Assembly (NCBI GenBank): GCA_013265495.1
Contig: MU058584.1
Span: 7,592,407-7,656,406, forward strand
DNA length: 64,000 nucleotides
Direction: 5' to 3'
Source of the DNA: Vicugna vicugna
Lineage: Eukaryota
Under the pieces are notes generated by a model. It was not told the DNA's origin. It saw nothing but the letters and a program-made list of their open reading frames with translations, and ran no database searches. Within the stretch, counting starts at the first letter, position 1; every line of letters starts with the position of its first letter. The position numbers were made by a program, and so were the translations under genes. Shown here piece after piece: positions 13,450 to 25,326 of the stretch.

Positions 13450-14620
13450 ACACGTCCAAATGTCTTCCCATTTATGAAGATCTTGTTTTATGCTATTCAA
13501 TAAGATTTTATAATTGTCTTAATTAAAAAAATTATTTTTGTGTATTTTATAGGCTTTCTTCTAATGTGAATGGAGTATTTTCCCATTTCTAAGTCATTGG
13601 GAGTGTTGAGAAAAGCCGTCGATTTTCGTATATTGTCTTGCAGTCAATGTTTAGCCTTTTAAACAAGTATCTTATTAATTCTAGTAGAGTTTTGTAAAAG
13701 CCACTTGGATTTTCCAATTCTTTCTGAGTTAATTTTGATGACTTACATTTTTTAGGATGTTGTTACCTCTCGATTCTTAATTTTGATATAGGACTACATA
13801 AAGTATTTGATTTTAATTTTTTCAATCTCCTATGTTTGTGGGTATGTATTCTATCATTTGTGATCTTGTATTCTTTTGTCTTCTCCCTTAATTAGGATTA
13901 TAAGCGTGTTATCTGTTACTAAAAAGGAAAATACTTGTGGATGTCATTATCCTTTATGTTATTTTAATATTTCCTATTTCATTAGTTTTGGCTTTAATCT
14001 ATGTTCATTTCCTTTCTTGGCTTATTTTGGTTTTTTGATCATAATTTTATCATTTCTGTAGATGAATATTAACTTTTTTTTCTTTTTCTCTAAATGATGA
14101 GCATATTTAAAGCCTTAAATTTTCCTACAACCTTTGCTGTGCTCCATTGGTTGGATATGATGTTTATATTTTTTAATTGCTTTCTGAATAATTTATGACT
14201 TTGTTTTGTTTTCTGTAATACAGGGGTTATCTAGAAATATGCTAAAGTTTTTGTTCTTTTTTAGTCTCTCTTTAGAAATTCATTTTTTCTTTTTCGTTTG
14301 GTTTTGTGATCAAAGAATATGATTTATACAGTTTCTCCTTTTTAAAATTTCTTAAAGCTGACATTGCATATGTGTGTAGATCCAAGTGTGTGACAGATTT
14401 TTGTAAATGGTTTGTGAATAATGAAAAATCTTCATCTTCTATTTAAGTGATAAAGGAATCTATTAAATTTACTTCATCAATTATACTGTTTATGTGCTTG
14501 CTTATTTTGTCTGCTATATCTAATTTGAAAACAATCATTAAAATTTTTTTATATTTATATTTTAAGTAAGTACATGCATATAGTTATTTCAAGTTCCTCC
14601 TGTATTTTTAGTAACACTTG
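13450..14620 (-). mobile_element. Ancient L1 (L1M-type) ORF2 fragments
   Basis: T-rich L1 antisense-type text (gattttcgtatattgtcttgcag...cttattaattctagtagagttttg...ttggattttcc); very diverged. Confidence 0.5.
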
Positions 14621-15234
14621 CTTATTTATCTTAGTTCCAGGAAGTCTTTCCTAATGTCATGCTTGTATCTCCTCAAATATTTATTATTCTGCTACTTCCA
14701 ACAGTTCTCTTTTTTTGGTGGACTGCTCTGATCACCTTCTTCTTTCTTTCTCTGGCTGTTACTCCTCTTTAGGTGTCCTTTTATTTTCCTTTTTCATTGT
14801 GACACAGGTCCAGCTGCTGGGTGCTTTAAGGGAACTGGTCCTGTGAGTGTGGGAAGACAGACATCTCAGTCATCAAGGCCAGAAATAGGCAGTTTGCCGG
14901 TTACCTATTGAGACACTTGGAGGGAGCGCTTCTTCTGTATTAGCTTAGAGAAAACTCAGTCCCTCCACACTTCCTCAGGGAGGAGGACTAGGAACATCCA
15001 AAGGTCCTGTGATCTTTGAGGGTGAGCTCTGCCAAGAGACTGCTGCATACATGATGGTCCTTGCCTTAGAGTTCTCCCGCTGTGGTCCCACGGCTCTTGT
15101 TCATCCCAGAGCAAAGAAGTACCACAACAGCTCTAGTGTCTGCTTGACTTAACAGAAGAAGATGTGTTTGACCTGACTTGGAAGTGTGGAGGAAGCAAAG
15201 CATGAGACCCGTCATCTTCCCTGAATCCTTCAGG

Positions 15235-16215
15235 GATACAATGATGAGCATAAAAATGTACATTCTGTGTCCTACCTAATATTGCTTATGGGTTAGTTGG
15301 GAAGATAGACATTATTAAAATAATTAAATAAGAGAGGGAGAGAGAAAGAAACTCACACGTAATTGTGAAATCAGAACTGTGATTAGTACTATGACGGAGA
15401 GGTAAATAGAAATACGAAAAATGTATGAAAGAGGAGCTGACCTATAGGGGTGTCAGGGAAGTGATGTCTGAAGAAGCCATGACTGAGCTGAGATTCCAAG
15501 AAGGAGTAGGAGTTAATTGTGCAGTGAGGGAAGGAAAGAGAGTTGCAGGTAGAGACAGCAGAATAGTGAAGATTTGGGGAGGAAGCATGGCACATTGAGG
15601 AAGTAAAAGGCAGGTGTGGCTGAAAGAGCAGGGGAGGGCAGAGTGTGAAAAGAAGCTAGAGAGGAAGGTAACAGCGGCCCAGACCACACAGTGCTTTGTA
15701 GGCCATCATAGTGAGTGTGGTCTTTTCCTTAAGGCAGGTAGTATTGGAGTGTTTTACACCAGAGCTAAAAACATCTGATTCACATTTTCAGATGATGAGG
15801 ATGCTGTTTAGAGAACAAATTTAAAGTGGCCATGTGATGCTGGGAGACTAGTGAAGAGGCTATTGTAATTGCCCAGGGAGAGATGTTAATAAGTTGGTGG
15901 TCAATATACAAGAGGAATACCACTTTCAGATGGCAGAATGGAAGGAGGGGTATGGGAGTGGAAGATGTCTAAGATACCTGCAAAGAATCTGGATTACACT
16001 GCTGCTGCCTGAAATGGGAACATCCAGGTGGAAATCCCCAATTCAGTCATTCATGTCAAGGTGCCTTTGAGATACTCAAGGGGGGAGGTCAATAAGCAGC
16101 GTGAATCTGGGGCATGTCTGGACAGTAGATGAAAATATGTGAGCCATCTGGGTTTAGGTGGAAATTGAGACTGTTAGGCATGAACGAGAACACCTTGGGA
16201 AAGAAAAAGAAGAGG
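15235..16215 (-). mobile_element. L2 LINE fragment
   Basis: Typical L2 text: gtcagggaagtgatgtctgaagaagccatgactgagctgagattccaagaaggagtaggagttaa...; gggagactagtgaagaggctattgtaattgcccaggg. Confidence 0.75.
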
Positions 16216-16269
16216 AAAGGATCGTTAATCTTGTATATTGCCTAGAATCTGTCTACATTGGATTATCTT

Positions 16270-16760
16270 TTCTGGAAAGATGATCGGAATGTGTATTAGT
16301 GTCTTAAAAAATGATCATAACTTTGATCCTGTAACTATATAGGAGTCTATACTCGGAAAATAGTAGTAGTAAATTAAAATAGTAAGGCAAAGGCTTATGG
16401 AAAAAAGTATTTGAGCATTATTTATGATTGTAAAAATAGGAAAGTATGTAATGTTAGGAGATCAAGTCAATTATCACACATTTATATTAATGAATATTTT
16501 ACCATTATAATTTGATGTTTATTAAGATGTAATAGCATAAGTAGATGACCATGATATAACAGTAACTGTAAAGGACACAAAATTAATAAAGATACATAGA
16601 GAGAGCCTTAGCTGTGTGAGAAATGCATTGAACAAAAGAATATAAAGAAATAAGTGTATCAGTAAATAGAAAATGAATGATTGTATCCATTTTTATGCTT
16701 TTATCTACTTTCCAAATTTTTCAAAATGGGGATATATTACATCTTGTGTATTATTTTATT
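16270..16760 (+). mobile_element. Ancient L1ME-type 3' fragment
   Basis: ctttgatcctgtaact...; gagcattatttatgattgtaaaaatagg...; ttttatctactttccaaattttt 3' end. Confidence 0.5.
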
Positions 16761-17332
16761 ACTAGGAAAGGAAATATAAAATTACAGTATTGTCCCAGTT
16801 ATAAATATGGACTTAATTGACATTTTACTCTGTTAAATACTAGTTAACATTCTTTTCTTTTCACAATATTGATGAGCTTTTCTGTTTTGAATCCAGCATG
16901 ATATTCTAGGGGTTTTTTTTTAGAATTATTGCCACACATTTTAAAGTTTTATTAGCCATTTAGACTTGTAAATTTGTTTCAGAAATTGATCTAGTTACTA
17001 GGCAGTAGCAAATCCATTCCTCTCAGAACTTCCCCTCCGCTGGTGCTCAGTGTATCGCATTGACAGCATTTGTATTCCCTTCCCTTCTTACTGCTTAGTG
17101 GTAGAGATGACTCTGAATTCTTTAATGTGAGGGTTTTTAAATTGTGTAATACGTACATAAAGGAATTTACTAATAATTTTAAATACAATACATTGTTTTT
17201 GGTTTTCTCCAGTGATTGTCAGGTAACTCTCCCTTTGGACTGTCATTTGTATCAGCATGGTCTGAAGTGATATGAAACCATTTTGAATTTGGTTCAAAAC
17301 TAAAAGCATGATTTTTTTTTTTTAAATTCCAG

Positions 17333-17444
17333 GAATGTATACAAGGACTATCGCTTCCTTGAGCTGGCATGTGATTCACAGGAGGATGTAGACAGCTGGA
17401 AGGCATCTCTACTAAGAGCTGGAGTTTATCCTGATAAATCTTTA
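17333..17444 (+). CDS. DNM3: Dynamin-3 internal coding exon (C-terminal part of PH domain), 112 nt, starts with the last base of a split codon and ends in phase 0
   Basis: Poly-T tract + 'aaattccAG' acceptor (AG 17331-17332) and 'TTA|gtaagt' donor (GT 17445). G + 37 codons translate [37 protein letters not shown], matching dynamin PH-domain end; [21 protein letters not shown] is the DNM3-type sequence as I recall it (DNM1/2 have RQ..LAC..QE.VDSWKASFL). Confidence 0.96.
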
Positions 17445-18892
17445 GTAAGTTGGATATATCTCTTATTTAAAATTATTAACGTTTTAAGAAAACATACTTT
17501 TACATACTATATGCTAGATAAACTAGTTTTCGTTTGACTTAATTTGGCATAGTTTTAACTGATATTTTGCTTATATTTCTTTTTATCCATTAGATTTCTG
17601 TTTTAAGAAGTTTATCCATATATTTATTAAAGAAAATGCCCAACTTTGCCATAAAACATAACATGTGATTTCAAACCAAGAGACAGTTTATTTGTGTTAA
17701 GTTAAAATTTTATTTTCCTTCATATGCTATTCTACAGTTGTGATAGTATTCATATAAGCAGTTTATAACACTCTAGTTATAACATGTAGTTGTAGTATTT
17801 ATATCATGAATCATAACACTATTTCATATTCTTTAAAATGTACTTATTTTTATAAAAAGTTACTTCCTTTCATTATGTTTGTACTACCTGTATCCAAAAT
17901 TAAACTCTGGTTAGTGTCATTGTGAGTATAAAAGAACAAAAAAATATTATATTGCTATTCCCACTTACCTTTATTAATATATTTCAAGTGTCTTGGAGAC
18001 ACTTGTCTCATTCAAGTTAATAAACAGACCTTCTATTTGTGTTCTTTGGAAAATGTAATATTGCACAGACTAGTCTGGATTTAAACTTCAAAATTCCCAC
18101 CCAACATCTGTACACACACCATTAAACAGACTCTGCAGATGAGTGGCTCTCACTGCTTACTCACTCCCCCCGAGGTGGTGTACTATCCAGGCTCCCCCCA
18201 GATGTAAAGTGCTGAAACTAAGCCTTGGGAATTTAGTCCAGCTTGATCCTTATGCTGCTTATCAGACTGGCTCTAAGTCAGTTTATAGGGCTGAGCTGAT
18301 CTGGTGCAGGTTGGGTTCTTTCTAATACCCACATAGGGACAGAGTCTTCTCAAGAGAAAGTCTGAGATGTGGGCACACTGTGGGAAGTTGAAGCCTCTTG
18401 GAGGGCATTTCAGACCCAACTGTATCCCTGAGGTTACAAAAGAATTTAGCACAGTCCCAGGGTAAAGGATTGAGGATTTGTGCTCAAATGTTCTCCTCCT
18501 TGCTGTTATTTTGGCTCATCCCTAGACCCCTTAACTCCATGTCAACCTTCACTTGTCTGGTTAGCACCTAAAACAGTGAACCCCCTACAACACACCCTGT
18601 GCCCTCCAAACGAAGTCAAACCAGGCCTTTTCCAGGTGATACCCAGGTACAGAGGTACCTGTATACAATTTTAATCTTTGTTGTCCAGTTTTTATCAGTT
18701 TTATTTACATACATATTTGCATAGGTACATACCACTTTGAAGACCATACACGAAAAATCATTTGAAAGAGTAGAGTACCACTTCTATTTTTGTTGTTAAT
18801 TCTGATCATTACTGATTGCTCTTTTCTTGTCCGTTCATGGTAGTGTGTTTAATTTCACAAACAGTCTATATTCAGTCTGCACATAGACTTAA

Positions 18893-19475
18893 TTTTTTAT
18901 TCATTCATTCCATGAAAGCCTGTCGAGAACGCGTTTTTTGCCAGGCTTCTTTCTAGGCTCTAGTGATACTGAGGTGAACAGTGAGGTCCTGCCCCCAAGG
19001 AACAGACATTAAACAAGTGACTGAATAACTGTATAATTGTATCACAGTGTGATTTAAGAGAGTGATAAGTTATACAAAAAATAAACTGAATTAAAGGGAC
19101 AGACATTGAAAGTGAGGGGCAAGCGAGCTTTCTTTTAGTAAAGGTGATCGGGGAGGCTCCTTTGAAGCGTTGACAGTTGAGTAGGCTCCTGAAGGAAGCG
19201 AGGGAGTTAATGAATGAAAGGCTGAAGAAGCATGTTCACGGGAGAGGACTAGCAAGTGCAAAGCCAGCTCAGTATCTTAGAAGGGCAGCAAACAAGTCCG
19301 GAACACGATGAGGCAGGACAAAAGTGGTTGATGATTTCCAAAAGTGGTCAGGGGCCAGCTTATGTAGGCTTTGAAGGAAGTGGTGAGCATTTGAGTTTTA
19401 TTCTGAGTGAACTGGAAAGCCATCAAAGGGTTTCAAGCCAGTAAGTGACATGATGAGATTTACATTTTCATAATG
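18893..19475 (-). mobile_element. L2 LINE 3' fragment
   Basis: attcattcattcc...gccaggc...ctaggctctagtgatactgaggtgaacag; ttgagttttattctgagtgaactggaaagccatcaaagggtttcaagcc. Confidence 0.75.
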
Positions 19476-19489
19476 ACTGAGTGTTATGA

Positions 19490-19740
19490 GAAGCCATACA
19501 ACACGTGGGTTCAAGCACAGGCTTCCGTGTCAAACTACCTAGATTGAAATTCCTGATGCTCACATACCAGCTGTGAGATCTTTGGAAGAAGGTTATGTAG
19601 CCCTTTTATCTTTCAAGATTCCCATGTCTAAAGTAGAGATAACAAGAGTGCCCTGTAGCGTGGTTGTTGACCGGATTAAATGAGATAATGCAGGGAAAGC
19701 ACTGAACAGGGTAAACACAAATAAGTCCTCTATTTTTCTT
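19490..19740 (+). mobile_element. MIR SINE
   Basis: caagcacaggcttccgtgtcaaactacctagattgaaattcc...agctgtgagatctttgg...ggattaaatgagataatgcagggaaagcactgaacag. Confidence 0.75.
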
Positions 19741-20830
19741 TATAATGATGATGATAATTATCATTTTCCTCACAGACTAATTACTTAAGCAAGTAGAGGA
19801 GAGTTAAAACACTATTATGATATAGCCCGTGAGATTGTGAATACTTTATGCTGTTTTCTATCTTCCAAATATGCTTGGTTGTGCAAAGTATCAATACGTC
19901 TGTATGTGTGTCTTCCTTCCAAGGAATTGTAATGTTTGTGAAAATGTTTTCCTAAGCCATGATTTTGTCAACTAAACTTATTTTAAATGCAATAGACAAG
20001 TTTGCTTTGAAAAAAAGTTATGTAATGCATCTCTTATGAGGGAAAACTGTCTTGGAAAAGCAAAATTGCCCATCCCCCAGTGAACTGTTTTTATGCATCT
20101 GAATTTTCATGTATGCATAGCTCTACACAAAAGAAGATGCTCAATGAAATATTTGCCTTTTTTTAAAATTAGACTGCTCAATTTAAAGCAAATCTGGAGT
20201 TGTCCTACACAAACTATTTTGATTCTTTTCACATCACTTTTGTTTATTAACACACATTTGGTACAGTTACTTGGAAAATCGACACAAAGGGGCTTTTTAC
20301 TACATGCCAAAGACATGACAGGAAATTAAACTAGGCGGTGTGCCAAGAACACTGCTTTTCTCAGTTTTCATAATAAACAATATTTGCATTTCTTATGCAC
20401 TGTGGAGTTCTGCAGCTTCTGTTACACGATTGCTTGACTTTCAGATGTCTAAATGGCAGCTACGTACTGAAAGCAATTGAAGTAGAATGCTTATCTACAC
20501 ATTGCATTTCGTGAACATGAGGGAAGCGATAATTTTAGGTACAGTTTTTCTTAATTTAGAAAGATTAAATGATGTCAGATTAACCTAATAACAGATGTCT
20601 CTTTCTAAGTAAATTTTTAGGACTTTTGTGTCTCTGATTTTGTATCAATAAACCATTGAGTCAAGAGCAAATCAGTCAGTCCTTACCCTAACAATGGAAC
20701 ATTGATGTGTCATACATGGATATGAGTCTAGACTCAAAAAGTTCTGTTTTCTACACAAGACACTTCTATTTTGACTGGAAAAAGAATCTACATAGTTTAT
20801 TTTTTTAATTATATATGTTTGGCTTCATTT

Positions 20831-20963
20831 TTTGGTATGTGTATATTTTTATTGAAGTATAGTCAGTTTCCAGCGTGTCAATTTCTAGTGTACAGCATAG
20901 TGCTTCAGTCATACATGAACTTACATATATTCATTTTTGTATACTTTTTTACCATGAGTTACC
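20831..20963 (-). mobile_element. Very short (133 bp) young L1 3'-end insertion with 15-bp TSD
   Basis: Similar 3' end to the L1s at 7851 and 40898 (attgaagtatagtcagttt...gtgtcaatttctagtgtacagcatag); TSD tgtttggcttcattt at 20816-20830 and 20964-20978. Confidence 0.9.
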
Positions 20964-22017
20964 TGTTTGGCTTCATTTAGATAAACAGCCATCACCCAAA
21001 TTTGAATGAATTGGTATTTTAGACAAATTTTTTTTCAACTAAGGTTGCATGCTTTTTTCTAACTTGCTTTTCTTCACTGTATCTTTTTCTATCGTGGGCT
21101 GTGTGGTGGAATGTTTCGATGTCATTGAGATCATGATGTTCTCCTACCCTGGTCCTTCTGTCTCTTAGGTCATTTCTCAGAGTTTTCTGCAAATTTTTTT
21201 TTTCTTTCCATCTCTTTCACTGTCTTCTCCCACTTCCTTCCTTCCCTTCATCCATTGCTTTTATGGTGGACTCCAGAGATTCAAAGATGAAAGGAGAGGC
21301 AGTTCTTACTTTATAGGAGTTCTAAGTCTGGTAGAGGAGAGAGGTGCAAATAAATAATTACTGTACAATGTGATTTTTAAAAAAGCTACCGTAGATATCT
21401 ATATAAAGTACAGCCGTCCAGCTATATTCTTATGTGCATTTTCCAATTACCTTCAGTCCCTTAAACTTTCTGGATCCAAAGCTAAATGTAGATTCTTGTC
21501 TGAGCATTTGTAGTATGTGACCCTAAAATGGGAGTGAGACGTCCTGGGTTCACTTTCCCACTACACTGCTGACTTACTCCATGAACTTCAACATAACCTC
21601 TCTGAGCCACAGAATTTAGCATTCCACCATCACCTGATCTTTCTGAGCAGAAAGAATATTTTAAAAATAGATTTGAATCTGAATTTGGATTTTCAGAATT
21701 TTACTTTTTGTTTCTATTTCCCTTGGCCATTAAATTGAAATTATAGCCACTATAAAATTGTTAAAGAAGTGTATAGGATGTTACACAGTTTCAAAGTAAA
21801 GATGTTTCTAATGGAATTAATTAATAGCTGCATTTTTTTTGAACTGATGAGACATTCCTTCAAATATTTGGAAAAAGTTGAAACAAGGGTGGGGACTGAA
21901 TCTGGGTCCCCCTAAAGCTGAATTTCTCTGCTGAGTTTGTGATTAACTTCTCTATCTAAAACTTTATTCCTTTTCTTTTTCTATACCTTTTCCTCCTCAA
22001 GATTAAGGAGTATCAAA

Positions 22018-22018
<1 letters not shown>

Positions 22019-22058
<40 letters not shown>
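22019..22058. repeat. (TG)20 microsatellite
   Basis: Perfect TG dinucleotide run read directly. Confidence 0.97.
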
Positions 22059-22061
<3 letters not shown>

Positions 22062-22284
22062 CAATAGCTACAGGCTACCATTTAAAAACTTTTATGACAC
22101 ATGTACATAAATTTTTCCTAGAAGTGTGAAAACATATGTGAATTTAATTAAATATCTATTAAGAACGTGGTATAACAAATGACTAATTTTTCTGGCAATT
22201 TTGTCGGCTCACAATATGACTTAATTTATATATAAACACAAAGGAATTCCAAATTCTTTGGAACATTTTGTGTGCATTGAAATG

Positions 22285-22522
22285 AGGTAGACTTTAAGTC
22301 AAATCCACTGGAGTTGGAACCCTGACCCTTTCATTTATGAGCCATGTGGCTCAGGAACTTACCTAACTCTCTAGCTGTTTATTCTTTTTTAAACTCAAAA
22401 TAATAATACCTTCCTCTGAGTGGTTTTACAGGATTAAGTGAATACTTAGTTGCTCATCACACCTGGCTTGGTGCCTGCAACTGGATGAATGTATTCAATG
22501 CCGTGTCACCTTTATTATTGTT
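22285..22522 (+). mobile_element. MIR SINE
   Basis: gactttaagtcaaatccactggagttggaaccctg...aaaataataataccttcctctgagtggttttacaggattaagtga. Confidence 0.7.
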
Positions 22523-25204
22523 ACTGACAGTCATTAATGTGTCAGGGAAGCAATTCCCAGTTTAGTAGTTCTCTTTTCTTTGGAAACTATCAGTGAGATT
22601 TGGACGTGGGAGGGAGAATTTCCCCAACTGTTGGCTGAGGAAACCAAATTGCTTAGTGGAGTCTTGAGGTCATGCTGCCCTGTGGACAGGCTGGCCTCAA
22701 AGGCTCCATCACTTAGTCTGGAGTGAGCCGTAGAGGTTGTCAGGGGAAGTGAGGCTTCACAAGCCTGCCCCCAGGTTGCTGGTTGGCTGGTGTCTGAAAG
22801 AAGCAGCCTGTAGATTCACGCATGCCCTGGAAATTAACATGGTGCAAATCCTGTGTTGCCTATTTGTTGAATGCTGCACCTCAGAACTTTTGACAAGGTG
22901 TGTTAGCTATATGGATAGATGGTCTTCCCATCTAGTTTGTGATTTCTTAAGAGATGAAAAATGATGGTAAAAAGTGAAACATCTTGGAACGTCTCTGTAT
23001 CTCTGGGTTCATGACTCTCCCAGTCATGATTCATGCTTTTGGGACTGCCTTGGAAGTTGAAACCATCCCAGAATGAGGTCTTTTTGGGGACTTCAGAAAA
23101 CCCTTTTGGACAGACTCCACAGCTGAACTTCTCTCTGTGGCAGACGACAGTTAGGGGAGAAGGTCTCTGTGTCACTCTAGGGGGAGAAGAGGCACGGCCC
23201 CAGACCCCCATAAATATTTATTAATATGGTGATGACCATGCCCATGCATTTACTCAGCAGTCTTGTGTGCAAGACTGAAAATGCCCATGTGAGCCCTGCT
23301 ATCCATAACTTCATCCTTAGCTTGATCAGCAGTGCTTCCCACAGAAATCAGAGCAGCTCCATGACCAGTTCTGAAGAGCTGATAGTTTTTCTTCAATGGA
23401 GGTCCTTCCAGGAATCTCAGCGTAAACGCAGCCGCACAGAGCGGTGGAGGGAATTACCGAGCATTTTCAGTTCCCCAGTCATGACCGTCATGCCTCTCTC
23501 AGAACAGACAATTCAGAAGTGATTGAAGGAAACAAGAAATGGTATGTCCTCCACTTGTATGTTTCTTATCTTTAAGGACTAAGGCCTTCTCCTCTGTGAC
23601 ATCACTGTTGCCACTACAAACAGAAGCATTGCCCGCCGAGCAGGGAAGCCGGTCATTCCCTAATGTGCAAAAATACTTGAACTCCTGAAACTTATTTGGT
23701 AGATCAAAAGCCACACGGCTGTGGAATGCAATGAACCCCATCTGTTTGAGGTCTTTTCAGCGATATTGCACTTTGGAGACCCAGGGTCCCATTATTCTCT
23801 AAAATAGTATTTTACTCCTGATAAAATTCCCTGTGGGGACCTTTATGGCCTTATTGAACAGTTGGCAGTTCTTTACAAAAGACTCTCTTTCCCGCGACTT
23901 CATTCTTGTACTGTTGTTCACGTCTCACGTAAGCAAGTGATGTTAACGGTGATATCATGGCAACTCACAGTGTCAAGTGTGTCAACTACACTATTTTACC
24001 CATGTCTTTAAATTTATGTTTTTATTAAATATGATGGCCGTGATGGTCCTTGGATTTGGCATTTCCCCAGAGTCACCACTTGGCATTGCTTTCCAGAAAA
24101 TACACTCTCCTGCAATCATTGCCTTACTGCTCTCCAGAAAATTTCTGTATGTGTTATTTCCCTGGCCACATCCTCTCCTAAAACTAAATGCCAGATCTCC
24201 AGCCCAACCTGCTACTCCACCCTGCACTCAGGCTCCTCCACAGATGCACACATTTCACTCACAGCTCTCCTCAACTCTGCGTCTCGGGGGGAGAGAGAAA
24301 TTCCTTCTGGGCCCCTTGTGTGAAGAGTTCAGATCTGTTCCCTGCCCAGATCCCATCACTTCTGCCCCACAGGATCTGACCTTGCGAGGACTCGGGCTGC
24401 CCTGGGAGTAATGAATCACCATTGTATTTTTTTAAGCCATATGTGAGTTAAATTGTTTGATATAAATCATAGTCCTGCAGCTCCAGTTTGAAACAGGAGA
24501 GCCATTTGCCCGCCGCCTGTCGCTGGCTGCTCTCTGTGTCTCTATCCAGAGTGGCCCTTTTAGAAATGACTGCATTTTTGCAACTAACCTTTCCAGACCC
24601 ATTTTCTTGAATATGGATCAATTGTTTATTTTGGCCGCATCCCCGCTATACAATTTTCGCTTCCCATGCCAACCCAAGAGAAAACTCATAATTTACAAAA
24701 TAAAGGAATGGTACAGATGGAAGTCGTAACTTGGTTTGCTTACCCTGTCTCCCCAGAACCACCCACTCCTTTCCTCTGCTCTTTTTCTTTTTTCTTTTTT
24801 CCCACCTTCTTTGAAACCACGGATGCAGTGTTTGTTTAAAAATGCATTGGCTGATGAAATTTTCCACCGCTTGGTGTGTTGGAGAAGGGGCCGTCAGGAA
24901 AGGGCAAGCCGACATACTAAATACTTTGCCTTTCATGCTAACAGTTCACTTCTTACCAGTTCAAACCAATGCTTTTTGGCCGGGTTCCCATACTTCAAGT
25001 ATTTCCAGTGGAAAGAAAGGGGGAAATCTCTGTCATGATTTTCTGCTCTTATAAATGTAGGATTTCATTTAATATAAGCAGGTTCTTCGGCTCGTCCATG
25101 AGCTCTGGGTGCCGTTGGTGTATGATGGCACTGTCAGTGAATAGTTAAATGATTTGTTTTGATTTTGCTCTAGCATGAAAAACCTCATGATTTTAAAATA
25201 AATT

Positions 25205-25326
25205 TATGTTTAACATATTTCTTTTTTGCTTTTTTCCTTGCGGCCACACGCACAGGGGAACAACAAAGTAAGTTCTTTGTCCTACTGCAGCTCCTGTCTC
25301 TCCAGCCCCCGCTCCCCTCCTGCATG
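25205..25326 (+). promoter_or_regulatory. Splicing-regulatory cassette of the microexon: candidate branch point (tttaac ~25209-25214), UGC motifs (25227-25229, 25239-25241), downstream Rbfox site TGCATG (25321-25326)
   Basis: Motifs read directly; positions fit the known SRRM4/SRRM3 (UGC just upstream of 3'ss) and RBFOX (downstream UGCAUG) activation pattern for neural microexons. Confidence 0.65.
25256..25267 (+). CDS. DNM3: DNM3 12-nt alternative microexon encoding GNNK
   Basis: Polypyrimidine tract, 'cacgcacAG|GGGAACAACAAA|gtaagt'; phase 0/0, in frame with the upstream exon; matches the recalled DNM3 isoform sequence ...PDKSV-GNNK-AENDENG. Confidence 0.9.

Noticed and set aside
21844..21912. 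Hammerhead-like CTGATGA-gac...gtt-GAAAC with a downstream GTC
   Set aside because: Only a weak bulged stem II; stems I and III do not pair. Other CTGATGA hits (~357, ~11716, ~24851, ~25600, ~26775) also lack the core geometry.
23977..24411. 144-aa ORF (likewise 1026-1418, 1822-2193, 40003-40371, 63011-63439)
   Set aside because: No recognisable domain, no supporting splice structure, lengths expected by chance; some lie in repeats.
24581..24720. Possible extra exon after 'caactaacctttccag'
   Set aside because: Branch-like CTAAC is too close to the AG and no convincing donor follows; the ACTAAC may simply be a QKI-type motif.
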